This document shows, in pieces, positions 1-8,122 of a stretch of 41,391 nucleotides of DNA. The stretch comes from Nanobdellota archaeon. Its GTDB lineage: Archaea > Nanobdellota > Nanobdellia > Woesearchaeales > JAHJEM01. Numbering within the stretch: the stretch's first letter is position 1; every line of letters begins with the position of its first letter. The position numbers and the translations under genes are program-made. The DNA is taken from NCBI GenBank assembly GCA_043812855.1, contig JBDRLR010000076.1:1-41391 (forward strand), read 5' to 3'. The notes under the pieces are model-generated. The model did not search any database. It was not told the DNA's origin and worked only from the letters and a program-made list of their open reading frames with translations.

Positions 1-98
1 TCCATCTGCGACTCCTCGGCCTCGGTCAGAAAGACTTCTTCCCACCTCGGATAGTTCGAGCCATCGACCGTCCTTGGGAACGCTTTGGAAAAAGGCAT
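1..98 (-). CDS. hypothetical protein, N-terminal fragment (continues beyond window start)
   Basis: ATG at 98-96 opens a stop-free frame to nt 1 (MPFSKAFPRTVDGSNYPRWEEVFLTEAEESQM..). TATA-like ATTTAAGA (minus sense) at 121-128 is centred ~26 nt upstream, the same geometry as other leaderless genes here. Too short for a functional call. Confidence 0.35.
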   Translation of the reverse strand, partial: MPFSKAFPRTVDGSNYPRWEEVFLTEAEESQM

Positions 99-138
99 GG
101 GTGGGGGATGATGTGAGGACTCTTAAATGTTGCCCTGC

Positions 139-723
139 TCAATCCGTGGAAATCCTAGCATCTCCAGGCCATCCATCGAAAAAGCGGTCAAGACGAGACA
201 GGTCAGGGGCGAGGTTCGTCTCCATCCTGCCAGGAATGCGGCCCTGAAACGTCAGGGTGAACCTTCGTCCACGACGCGGCGAAAAGACAAGCTTCAAGGC
301 CCGCATATCTGGACCGCCGCCAAGCCGGGCAGTCCTGTCTTCAGCAGTCTCGTCGAAACGCCTGGACACTCTCACATCATCCTGCGTGAACGACCGATGC
401 GATATGTAATTCTGCCTCAGACTCAATTTCACCGCATGGCAGCATCGCTTGTCCAGGATGACCATGTGGAACTTGACGACGCGAGCGAACATGAACAACG
501 AAACGCAGAACAAGGAAACGAAGAATATGTGGAATCCGTACTGAATATCCTGGAACACACCGAGCCAGACTGCGCCGAGTGCCACAATACCCAAATATGC
601 TGGAATGACGAATTTGAGCAAAACGACATCAACATCACTCATCGCAGACGCGGAGAAGAACACATCCTTCGGGTCCGCACCAAACCGCTGCTTGGCGATC
701 TCCAGATACACATCCTTTCGCAT
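139..723 (-). CDS. small membrane protein (two predicted TM helices), function unknown
   Basis: ORF 139-756. The ATG at 723 lies 4 nt after the HerA-like stop (728-730), suggesting co-transcription. Two hydrophobic helices (VVLLKFVIPAYLGIVALGAVWLGVF; FHIFFVSLFCVSLFMFARVV) are followed by a charged tail. Codon usage is less C-ending than in neighbours. Confidence 0.5.
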   Translation of the reverse strand: MRKDVYLEIAKQRFGADPKDVFFSASAMSDVDVVLLKFVIPAYLGIVALGAVWLGVFQDIQYGFHIFFVSLFCVSLFMFARVVKFHMVILDKRCCHAVKLSLRQNYISHRSFTQDDVRVSRRFDETAEDRTARLGGGPDMRALKLVFSPRRGRRFTLTFQGRIPGRMETNLAPDLSRLDRFFDGWPGDARISTD

Positions 724-727
724 GCAT

Positions 728-2062
728 TCACCGCGGCGTCGCAGGAGGCTCCACACCCAGATCCGGACGCTGACCCAGCGCTATCGGGCTCTCACCACCA
801 TGCCAACTGAATCTCGGCCTAATCCTCACCGGAAAGATACGCTCATTCGTGTCATCAAGAATAAGGGCGGCGCCCGCCTCCCTTGGCAGATCATTGAGAT
901 ACTGATCAAGACCCGTTCGCATATAACTCTGCATCAAGGAAGCAAGAGCATCGGTGTCAAGCCTTGCCGTAAGACGATGGCTGAGCAAGACGTCCGCCTG
1001 CGTCATGACATCGGTGTGGATCTTTCCCGGCTGCTGCGTCGCGAGAACCAGCGAGATTCCCGGCTGGCGGCCCTCCCGAAGGATGGTGACCAACGCGTCC
1101 GTAGCGGCAGTATGTCCTTGATTCGGCAAGAACTCATGCGCCTCATCAATGACAAGCCACACCAGAGGGTAGGCACGCTCAGGAGTCTCATCAGAGAAGT
1201 AATTCATGGACTTATGCAACTCCTTGAACTCCTCCGTCTTTCGCTGCCGCATCCTCTGGATGAAGAGCTTCTCCGAGACGAGGCCGATGACCAGACTCTT
1301 GATGGCCCAGCTGCCCGTCTGCGTCGCATACGCCGACACATCAAGCACCGTGATCTGTCCCGGCGCAGCAAGATCAGAGATAGGCGTTCCCTTCGCGCTG
1401 AACAGACCCCACTTCGAGGCAGTCATGAAACGATTCACCGCGGCGGCCTTGATGTCCTGATGCGCATCCGGGTCGGCGCGAAGCCTGGCGCAGATGTCAT
1501 CGAGAGTGAAGTCCTTCTGCGCATCCCGCAGATCCATGATGACCTTCTCGGTCAAGACCGCGATCGGATCATTGGACTGGAGCTCGAACGCCATGATCCA
1601 ATCCCTGGCAGTCAACTCCGAGGCCATGATCGAGAACGGCCTATCCGTCGGGATGCCCGAAGCCTTCGCCGCCTCGAAATACCCCGCAGGAGTATAGATG
1701 ACGATGTCACAGGCGCCAGGCTGCATATCCCACTCCCTAAGGAGGTCACGCTCCTTCTTGTTGGGATACTTCATCGTCCAATAGATGCCCATGGTGTCGA
1801 GAAGAATAATGGAAAGATTCGACCTGATGTTCCTTGGGAGCTGGGCCATGCCCTCCGCGATGACGCCCATGGTGTATGACTTTCCCCCGCCTCTCTTACC
1901 GCACACGAACACAACATGGCTTCTGAGCATGTCGAGATACACCTTATTGGACAAGGACGTCGTGCGCCCCATCTTGACATAATGCTTGCCCAAAAAGACG
2001 GTACCGTCCGTGCCGAACTTCTTGAGATCAGACTCGCTACGGCCGATGATGATATCGTACAT
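728..2062 (-). CDS. HerA-like / DUF87 P-loop ATPase (FtsK-HerA superfamily)
   Basis: Walker A VFVCGKRGGGKSYT, Walker B LVWLVIDEAHEF, and the typical N-terminus MYDIIIGRS... Start set to ATG 2062 (M34 of ORF 728-2161) because TATATATA at 2085-2092 is centred 26 nt upstream (leaderless). Confidence 0.85.
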   Translation of the reverse strand: MYDIIIGRSESDLKKFGTDGTVFLGKHYVKMGRTTSLSNKVYLDMLRSHVVFVCGKRGGGKSYTMGVIAEGMAQLPRNIRSNLSIILLDTMGIYWTMKYPNKKERDLLREWDMQPGACDIVIYTPAGYFEAAKASGIPTDRPFSIMASELTARDWIMAFELQSNDPIAVLTEKVIMDLRDAQKDFTLDDICARLRADPDAHQDIKAAAVNRFMTASKWGLFSAKGTPISDLAAPGQITVLDVSAYATQTGSWAIKSLVIGLVSEKLFIQRMRQRKTEEFKELHKSMNYFSDETPERAYPLVWLVIDEAHEFLPNQGHTAATDALVTILREGRQPGISLVLATQQPGKIHTDVMTQADVLLSHRLTARLDTDALASLMQSYMRTGLDQYLNDLPREAGAALILDDTNERIFPVRIRPRFSWHGGESPIALGQRPDLGVEPPATPR

Positions 2063-2084
2063 GGGATGGACTGCGCTCGGGCAG

Positions 2085-2092
2085 TATATATA
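2085..2092 (-). promoter_or_regulatory. TATA box for HerA-like gene
   Basis: TATATATA is centred ~26 nt upstream of ATG 2062. Confidence 0.5.
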
Positions 2093-2204
2093 CTTTTGGC
2101 ACACCACCTCAGGGTGCTGCTCTCCACCACAAGAACATATGGACAGAACCAGAGAGTCCACCCCTCAAATCTGATACCATTTAAGAATGGCAATAATGAA
2201 AAGG

Positions 2205-2214
2205 TTTATATAAA
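2205..2214 (+). promoter_or_regulatory. TATA box for parvulin gene
   Basis: Palindromic TTTATATAAA is centred ~26 nt upstream of ATG 2236. Confidence 0.55.
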
Positions 2215-2235
2215 TGGCACCATTCTGTGCCGTTC

Positions 2236-3678
2236 ATGGAAGATGTTGAACTGGTCGACGACAAACCCCCTCGCAAGCGCGCACGCGCTTCTACCGCAAA
2301 GCCCTCGAAGAGGAAGCCCAAGAAGGCAGCCATCAAGAAACGAAATTACGGCCCCGCCATCGCAACGATCGCGATCATCCTTCTCATCGTGGCCGGAGGC
2401 ATCTATGTATGGATGAGCGGCCTTCTGACGCCCACGCCACGCGAGACACAGGAAGACGAGCAAGTCATCGTCATCGTCAACGGATATCCTCTGACACAGG
2501 CCGCGATCGACCAAGAATACGACTCGCTTCCCGTCTACCAACGCCAACTGGTCACCAAGGACCAATTCGTCTCGCAGATGATCGACGACATCCTCCTGCT
2601 CCAAGAAGCGAGCGCCAACGGATACTCCATGACTGACGCCGAAGTCGACGCATCACTCGACGATCTTCTGGCGCGCAACGACCTGAGCATGACCCAACTG
2701 AGCGAATCGCTGGCGGCGCAAGGCATCAGCGTCGATCAATTCAAAGAAGCGTTCCGACGACGCCTCGTCGTTACGAGCCTGCTCAACGACACGCTCTTGA
2801 GCAACATCGACATCAGCGACAAAGACGTCGAGACGTTCTACAACGATAATCTCGACCAATTCATCGTCGGGCCGCAGGTCGACGCACGACACATCCTCGT
2901 CGAGACCGAGGAAGAAGCGCAATCCATCCGCGACGAGATCATCGCCGGCGCCGACTTCGGAGAAGTCGCCGCGGCGAAGTCCATCGATCCGAGCGCCGCA
3001 CAGAATCTGGGAGATCTCGGATACTTCGGCAAGGGACAGATGGTTCCTCAATTCGAAGACGCGGCATTCTCGCTCAAAGTCGGAGAGATCAGCGACCCAG
3101 TACCGACCCAATTCGGATGGCACATCATAGAAGTGCTGGACAGGACCGAAGAAGCGGTCCTGCCTCTGGACGACGTGCGGGAGCAGATCCGCCAAAGCCT
3201 TGCCATGCAGAGGACGCAGGACGCGCTTACGCTCTACCTGGCACAACTGCGCAGCAAAGCAGATATCATCCACACCGAGAATATCGATGAGCCCCAGGAG
3301 CCGTCAATGGATGAGGTCATCCAACCGGTCGAAGACGAACCATTGGTGCCTGCAGACGACACTCAAGGCGATGAGCCCATCATCGATGAAGAACCAACTC
3401 CGCCCACCGCAGACCTGGCGAGTTGCATCGCGGACGCCGCGACCCTGTATGGCGCATCCTGGAACCAGGACACCGCACGCCAGAAGGCGCTCTTCGGAGC
3501 GGACGCCGCCAAGATCACATACATCGAATGCGGAGTCCCCGGCGACTACGCAAGCCAGACCCAGGTCTGTACTGACGCTGGAATCAACGGCTACCCTACA
3601 TGGAAGATTGGATTGCGCCTCGAAGTGGGCGCGCAGACGCTCGAGCGGCTCGCCGCACTGACTGCATGCGAGGAATAG
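2236..3678 (+). CDS. membrane-anchored PpiC/parvulin-type peptidyl-prolyl isomerase with SurA-like N-domain and a C-terminal degenerate thioredoxin-like domain
   Basis: Basic N-terminus plus TM helix ([19 protein letters not shown]). Parvulin core: [12 protein letters not shown]...[42 protein letters not shown]. Acidic linker. C-terminus [34 protein letters not shown] resembles VKOR-associated Trx-like domains but lacks CxxC. ATG 2236 is preferred over GTG 2227 from TATA spacing. Confidence 0.85.
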   Translation: MEDVELVDDKPPRKRARASTAKPSKRKPKKAAIKKRNYGPAIATIAIILLIVAGGIYVWMSGLLTPTPRETQEDEQVIVIVNGYPLTQAAIDQEYDSLPVYQRQLVTKDQFVSQMIDDILLLQEASANGYSMTDAEVDASLDDLLARNDLSMTQLSESLAAQGISVDQFKEAFRRRLVVTSLLNDTLLSNIDISDKDVETFYNDNLDQFIVGPQVDARHILVETEEEAQSIRDEIIAGADFGEVAAAKSIDPSAAQNLGDLGYFGKGQMVPQFEDAAFSLKVGEISDPVPTQFGWHIIEVLDRTEEAVLPLDDVREQIRQSLAMQRTQDALTLYLAQLRSKADIIHTENIDEPQEPSMDEVIQPVEDEPLVPADDTQGDEPIIDEEPTPPTADLASCIADAATLYGASWNQDTARQKALFGADAAKITYIECGVPGDYASQTQVCTDAGINGYPTWKIGLRLEVGAQTLERLAALTACEE

Positions 3679-3795
3679 TGGCTGGCCAGGCAGAAGAATA
3701 GATGCATGGTCATTCTTCCTCAAGAACTAAAGCTACTTCAATGTCTATAATGCTAAATATAGAATACAGCATACAAAGCAAAGCTTGATTTCGCC

Positions 3796-3933
3796 TTATT
3801 GCATGCCCTGACGCTTCATCAGGAGATCCAATCTCTTCTCCAGAATGACCAGCATCCGCAGCGCATAGACGACCGCCGCAAGCGTCCCTATGTTGACCGC
3901 CAACGCAATCTGAGCCGAACCATCCATAACCAT
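3796..3933 (-). CDS. 45-aa hydrophobic micro-protein (hypothetical)
   Basis: Not in the ORF track (under 60 aa). Translation: MVMDGSAQIALAVNIGTLAAVVYALRMLVILEKRLDLLMKRQGMQ. GGAGG lies at 3941-3945, 7 nt upstream of ATG 3933. TATA-like CTTATTAAAAC (minus sense) at 3967-3977 would place the TSS just upstream of the SD. Confidence 0.5.
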   Translation of the reverse strand: MVMDGSAQIALAVNIGTLAAVVYALRMLVILEKRLDLLMKRQGMQ

Positions 3934-4057
3934 ACAACCACCTCCTCAAAGGCCAAACCTCTCGATGTTTTAATAAGCTTCCATTATGTCTTGACTAGGG
4001 ATATGGACTTCCTCAGCGATTCCTGCGCTCCCAAAAATTCCAATTCCCGTTCACAAC

Positions 4058-4067
4058 CTTTATAAAG
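4058..4067 (+). promoter_or_regulatory. TATA-box-like element upstream of the hairpin-rich region preceding dnaG
   Basis: CTTTATAAAG. The predicted TSS near 4092 would give a ~300-nt structured leader or a separate small RNA. Confidence 0.35.
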
Positions 4068-4388
4068 CGAGTTCTGTTACCAGAAATCCATTTGCGCAAA
4101 CGGGTCCTCTGTCGAGAGGCGTCAAGGAGGCGCGTCGATGAGACACAGACACTCTTGCGCAAACCAGCCCGACATGAGAGTTGCTCTCGCAAGCGCCAGA
4201 CCAAAAGTCGTGCAATGAGCTAGAGAGTTAGTGTCTCGGGCGACACTTTCATCATCAAACACGCGCCGAAGGCGCATCAAGGGAAGTAGCGCGTTTCAAA
4301 TGATCCTTTCATCATCGCCGTCAGGCGGAACTCGTGGAAGAAGCCACGCATGAAGGCCTTTGAACAACTACTTCTTGGAGGCACAGGA

Positions 4389-5672
4389 ATGGCAAAAATA
4401 GCACAGGTTTCAGCAAAATACATCATCCATGCCAGCATCAGCATCCAAGGCGTCGTGGACAAGCCCGACGTGATCGGAGCCGTATTCGGGCAGACCGAAG
4501 GATTGCTCGGCGCGGACCTTGAGCTGCGAGAACTGCAACGAAGCGGACGCATAGGTCGTATCGAAGTCAACACCGAAGTCAAAGCAGGCAAGACCGCAGG
4601 AGAAATCATGGTGCCTAGTTCACTTGACAAGGCAGAGACTTGCATCGTGGCGGCCGCCCTCGAGATCATCCAACGCATCGGCCCCTGCAACGCCAAGATC
4701 AAGGTCGAAACAGTCGAAGACGTCCGCGTATCACGACGCCAGTTCGTCATAGAGCGCGCCAAAGAGATTCTCAAGACCCTCATGGACGATGTCATGCCCG
4801 ACTCCCAAGAGATCGCGGACGAGGTCGGATACTCTGTGCGCATGATGGCCATCCAGGAATACGGTCGGGAACGCCTGCCCGCAGGACCTGCCGTGGAAGA
4901 GTCAGACGAGGTCATCCTGGTCGAAGGACGCGCAGATGTGCTCAACATGCTCAAGTACGGCTTCAAGAACGTCGTCGCCATCAACGGCACGAGCGTTCCG
5001 AAGACCATCATCGAGCTGTGCCAGAAGAAGACCATCACCGTCTTCGTCGATGGCGACCGAGGAGGAAACCTCATCGTGCAGGAACTGCTCGGCGTAGCCG
5101 AGATCGACTTCATCACACGAGCCCCTGACGGAAAAGAAGTGGAAGAACTCACCAAGAAAGAGATCCACAAGGCCATCCGCAGCAAGATCGCTGCCGAGCA
5201 GTTCCGCATGGAAGTACCCGGCGGACACGCCGCACAGACCCAACAGGCCCCGCAAGGTGGAGACAACAGAAGGCCAGAGCAACGCCGCGACGCTCCGCAA
5301 CGAGACCGCCAAGAACGAAGCCCTCCGAGCCCACCTCCATCTCCGCAGGTCCGGCCCCAACCAGTGGTGCGCGCCAAGCTGAGCGATGAAGAGAAGAAGG
5401 CATTCAGCGGCATGCTCGACGACCTCATAGGAACCCGAGGCGCCTACGTGCTGGACAGCAAGCTCAACATCCTTGGCAAAGTCCCCGTCACCGAGATGAG
5501 CGGTACCATCAAGAGCCTCAAAGGAGGCATCTACGCAATCATCTTCGACGGCACGGTGGACAACGAACTCGTGACCATCGCAGAGCGAAGCAACATCCGA
5601 TACTTGATCGGCATGGACAAGACCGCGACAAACACAGGCAAAGTCATCGCGCTGACCGCAGACGCTCTGTAG
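4389..5672 (+). CDS. dnaG: archaeal DnaG (TOPRIM) primase / exosome-associated protein
   Basis: KYIIHASISIQGVVDKPDVIGAVFGQTEGLLG N-domain. TOPRIM motifs ILVEGRADVLNML and VFVDGDRGG. P/Q/R-rich linker before the C-terminal domain. ATG 4389 (M14 of ORF 4350-5672) has GGAGG at 4377-4381. Confidence 0.9.
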   Translation: MAKIAQVSAKYIIHASISIQGVVDKPDVIGAVFGQTEGLLGADLELRELQRSGRIGRIEVNTEVKAGKTAGEIMVPSSLDKAETCIVAAALEIIQRIGPCNAKIKVETVEDVRVSRRQFVIERAKEILKTLMDDVMPDSQEIADEVGYSVRMMAIQEYGRERLPAGPAVEESDEVILVEGRADVLNMLKYGFKNVVAINGTSVPKTIIELCQKKTITVFVDGDRGGNLIVQELLGVAEIDFITRAPDGKEVEELTKKEIHKAIRSKIAAEQFRMEVPGGHAAQTQQAPQGGDNRRPEQRRDAPQRDRQERSPPSPPPSPQVRPQPVVRAKLSDEEKKAFSGMLDDLIGTRGAYVLDSKLNILGKVPVTEMSGTIKSLKGGIYAIIFDGTVDNELVTIAERSNIRYLIGMDKTATNTGKVIALTADAL

Positions 5673-5681
5673 ACATCATTC

Positions 5682-5687
5682 TTTTTT
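5682..5687 (+). terminator. oligo-T tract after dnaG
   Basis: A T6 run lies 10 nt after the dnaG TAG stop. Archaeal termination commonly uses oligo-T. Confidence 0.35.
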
Positions 5688-5940
5688 CTTTCCATTCTCT
5701 GCAACCTATAATGCTAAACGTATACATACTAGAGTCCTGGTTGCATTGGGCCCATTATGGATTATAGTTTAAGTCCCCATCAACTATAAATAGAAAGGTC
5801 CCGAAAACAGAAGCACTGGTGAAAAATGATAAGCTACAAAGCAAAAATCGCAAGCCACAAACTCGCCTCCTTCTTCTCACCTGAGGAAGAAGACGAAGAA
5901 GACTGAAGTTCTCGGCGTCGAAAAGCAACGTACGACACGT

Positions 5941-6966
5941 CTATGCTGTTTTCTCAAGGATCAAAGGCACATATTCGCCCACTGCTGAAATCACGCGCCC
6001 GTGAATGCCGTGCGGACTTATTCTAACGCCATCCGAGAGACACTCGATGATCTTCCAACCATGCCGACGCGCCAGCATCATGCCGATCAGGTAGGCATTG
6101 CTTGCGTGATCCTGATCATTCTCCAAGATGTCCTTACGACGCCCCTGCGCGTCCATCGCGTCATGCGCGTGGGAAGGCGGCAGGTCAAGATAGATGACCG
6201 CGTCCGAGCGAGGAATACCCAGCACATCATGCTCCCAGCGATCAAGGGAAGCAATGAGGCCCTCCCTGCTACCTTCTGGCGCATTGGCTGCCTGATGGAT
6301 ACGATTCGATTCGGCATAGCGATCAAGGATGATATGATACCCTGCGTCGCGCCAGAATGCGATGCCCTTGGCCACGGCCGCCCGATCCTCAGCATACAGA
6401 CCCGCGAAGAGGGCGGGGTCGAGGGCATCGATACCTCCATATGCTCCATCAAGCACCCTTCTTATGACTTGTCCATGATGAGCGCCGTATCTTGGAAACG
6501 ACCACGTCCGCACCGCAATGCCCTGCGAGAGGAACCGTTCGTACAGGAGCGCAGTCTGCGTCTTCTTCCCCGTGCCATCACCACCCTCGAAGGTGATGAT
6601 CGATCCCTTGGTCGGCGAGGCGAGGAAGGTCGTCAGGCGCTCGTCAAGATCAGCAAACGACACCAAAGCAAGAAGGGGATCATCCGGCTGCGCACTCGCC
6701 TTGTCCACCACCATGATCGTCGGCTTGCGATACAAGGACGCAAGACGGACATCCAACGTCGTCGCAGCGGAAGGGATCACACCATCCGCGATGACGATAT
6801 CAGCATCCATCAACGAGCGGCAACGCACCGCATGGCGATCGACGATGCTTCCCACCACATCATCCTTCGTCGAGAGATAGACCTTGCGCATCAACGAAGC
6901 GAGGAGCGGTGTCGCTATATAATCATTTCTCTCGTCGAACACGAGGATTACGACCAACAGGTCCAT
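5941..6966 (-). CDS. tmk: thymidylate kinase fused to an N-terminal ~110-aa Rossmann-like (nucleoside 2-deoxyribosyltransferase-like) domain
   Basis: Tmk P-loop ITFEGGDGTGKKTQ and DRY-type motif ILDRYAESN. The N-domain LMDADIVIADGVIPSAATTLDVRLASLYRKPTIMVV resembles the deoxyribosyltransferase-family core. The first 136 aa of ORF 5941-7374 are antisense to the next gene and were trimmed to ATG 6966. Confidence 0.75.
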   Translation of the reverse strand: MDLLVVILVFDERNDYIATPLLASLMRKVYLSTKDDVVGSIVDRHAVRCRSLMDADIVIADGVIPSAATTLDVRLASLYRKPTIMVVDKASAQPDDPLLALVSFADLDERLTTFLASPTKGSIITFEGGDGTGKKTQTALLYERFLSQGIAVRTWSFPRYGAHHGQVIRRVLDGAYGGIDALDPALFAGLYAEDRAAVAKGIAFWRDAGYHIILDRYAESNRIHQAANAPEGSREGLIASLDRWEHDVLGIPRSDAVIYLDLPPSHAHDAMDAQGRRKDILENDQDHASNAYLIGMMLARRHGWKIIECLSDGVRISPHGIHGRVISAVGEYVPLILEKTA

Positions 6967-6976
6967 GACAACAAGA

Positions 6977-6984
6977 TTTAAATA
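6977..6984 (+). promoter_or_regulatory. TATA box for kinase-like gene
   Basis: TTTAAATA is centred ~26 nt upstream of ATG 7007. Confidence 0.5.
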
Positions 6985-7006
6985 CGGCGCGTCATGCGCA
7001 CACACA

Positions 7007-7513
7007 ATGATCATCTGCCTGACAGGAACGAACGACCCCGGAAAGAACGAAGCCGCGAGCGTGCTGATAGGCAAAGGCTTCGAATACCGGAGCCCGCTGG
7101 ACGAGGCACGGGTCGTAGCTGCCGAGGAAGGGACTGTCGTCGATGAGAGGACCATCTCCGACTTCCTGGACGCCCGCGCACGCGTCGAACCACTCTTCTG
7201 GGTCAACCGCATCCTCTCGAGCCTGCGCAACGACCAAGACGTCGTCATCGACCACATCAGCACCACGCAGGAAGTCACATTCCTCAAACAGCGCTCGGCG
7301 ATCATCATCGGCGTGTACGCCTCCGTCGAGATCAGGCTGCTGCGCACCCTCGCCAAGTCCGCATCGCACGGCAAGGCGGACCGGATCTTACAGAACGCGC
7401 GGATGCTGCAGATGAGCGACTACACCATCATCAACGAACCATCGACCGATTTCCCTGCGCAGATCGCACGGATACTCTCTGGGGTGAAGCATGGTCCGCG
7501 TCAGCTGGCATGA
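7007..7513 (+). CDS. nucleotide (dNMP/CMP)-kinase-like P-loop protein with variant Walker A
   Basis: MIICLTGTNDPGKNEAASVL fits GxxxxGK but has N instead of S/T. Kinase-like layout, about 170 aa. The start at M15 of ORF 6965-7513 comes from TATA spacing. It overlaps the dCMP deaminase start by 23 nt. Confidence 0.6.
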   Translation: MIICLTGTNDPGKNEAASVLIGKGFEYRSPLDEARVVAAEEGTVVDERTISDFLDARARVEPLFWVNRILSSLRNDQDVVIDHISTTQEVTFLKQRSAIIIGVYASVEIRLLRTLAKSASHGKADRILQNARMLQMSDYTIINEPSTDFPAQIARILSGVKHGPRQLA

Positions 7514-7919
7514 ATACTTCATGAACATCGCACGCGAAGTGGCTAGCCGAGCCACATGCTCGCGCAAACACGTCGGCGCCGTCATCGTCCTGAACAAGAC
7601 CATCCTCTCCACAGGATACAACGGAAGCATCCGCGGACGCCCGCACTGTGACGATGTCGGCCACGACATGGACAACGACCACTGCGTCGCGACGGTGCAC
7701 GCCGAAGCCAACGCCATCATCCAAGCCGCTCGCAACGGCGTACGCATCGAGGGCGCCGAACTGTACACCACCTCCTCCCCCTGCTGGAACTGCTTCAAAC
7801 TCATCGCGAATGCAGGGATACGACGCATCTACTACGGAGAATTCTACCGCGACACCAAGAGCATAGGCGTCGCCAAAGAGATCGGGCTGGAGCTCGTCGA
7901 CATGAGTCGCAAGGACTAA
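7491..7919 (+). CDS. dCMP deaminase (ComEB/cytidine-deoxycytidylate deaminase family)
   Basis: Zinc motifs VHAEANAI and SPCWNCFKLI, with the typical WHEYFMNIA N-terminus. Confidence 0.85.
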   Translation: MVRVSWHEYFMNIAREVASRATCSRKHVGAVIVLNKTILSTGYNGSIRGRPHCDDVGHDMDNDHCVATVHAEANAIIQAARNGVRIEGAELYTTSSPCWNCFKLIANAGIRRIYYGEFYRDTKSIGVAKEIGLELVDMSRKD

Positions 7920-8122
7920 TCCAGACGGACCCACTTCGTCCTGGACGTCGCGCCTCTGACTATGGTGGGGCGTCTCTTCGTGAACTTCGAGAGGACCTTG
8001 ATGAGCTCGAGGTTGGCCTTGTTGTCCTGCGCAGGAGACTTGAGGCGCACGAGGAACCCATCCGGAAGATGCTGGACTTCCTGCCTGCCACTAGAAGGCT
8101 TGACGACGACCCTGAAAAGCAT
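7916..8122 (-). CDS. DUF167 / YggU-family protein
   Basis: MLFRVVVKPSSGRQEV...LKSPAQDNKANLELIKVLSKF...IVRGATSRTKWVRL matches the DUF167 pattern. ATG 8122 overlaps the upstream stop (TGATG). Confidence 0.7.
   Translation of the reverse strand: MLFRVVVKPSSGRQEVQHLPDGFLVRLKSPAQDNKANLELIKVLSKFTKRRPTIVRGATSRTKWVRLD

Noticed and set aside
605-1879. Long ORFs antisense to, or out of frame with, well-supported genes. Examples: 605-1879 (+), 127-810 (+), 4277-5428 (-), 6001-6981 (+), 12943-13692 (+), 20687-21436 (-), 24436-25296 (-), 33404-34708 (-), 35455-36321 (+).
   Set aside because: Their translations are Arg/Pro/His/Gly-rich and low in complexity. They overlap genes with clear family motifs. 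They are the usual shadow frames of a high-GC, C-ending-codon genome.
4005-4014. GAGGAAGTCC on the minus strand, resembling RNase P RNA CR-I (GAGGAAAGUCC).
   Set aside because: It lacks one of the invariant A residues. No other RNase P conserved regions are nearby. It lies in the promoter-proximal region of the 45-aa ORF.
3799-4065. Track ORFs 3799-4065 (+) and 3710-3949 (-).
   Set aside because: They have poor codon usage and no start context. The 45-aa minus-strand ORF in a third frame (3796-3933) has an SD and a TATA box and explains the region better.
4246-4316. C/D box sRNA on the minus strand (two GAUGAUGA boxes).
   Set aside because: No CUGA D or D' boxes occur at the expected ~12-nt guide spacing, and the 60-nt distance between boxes is atypical.
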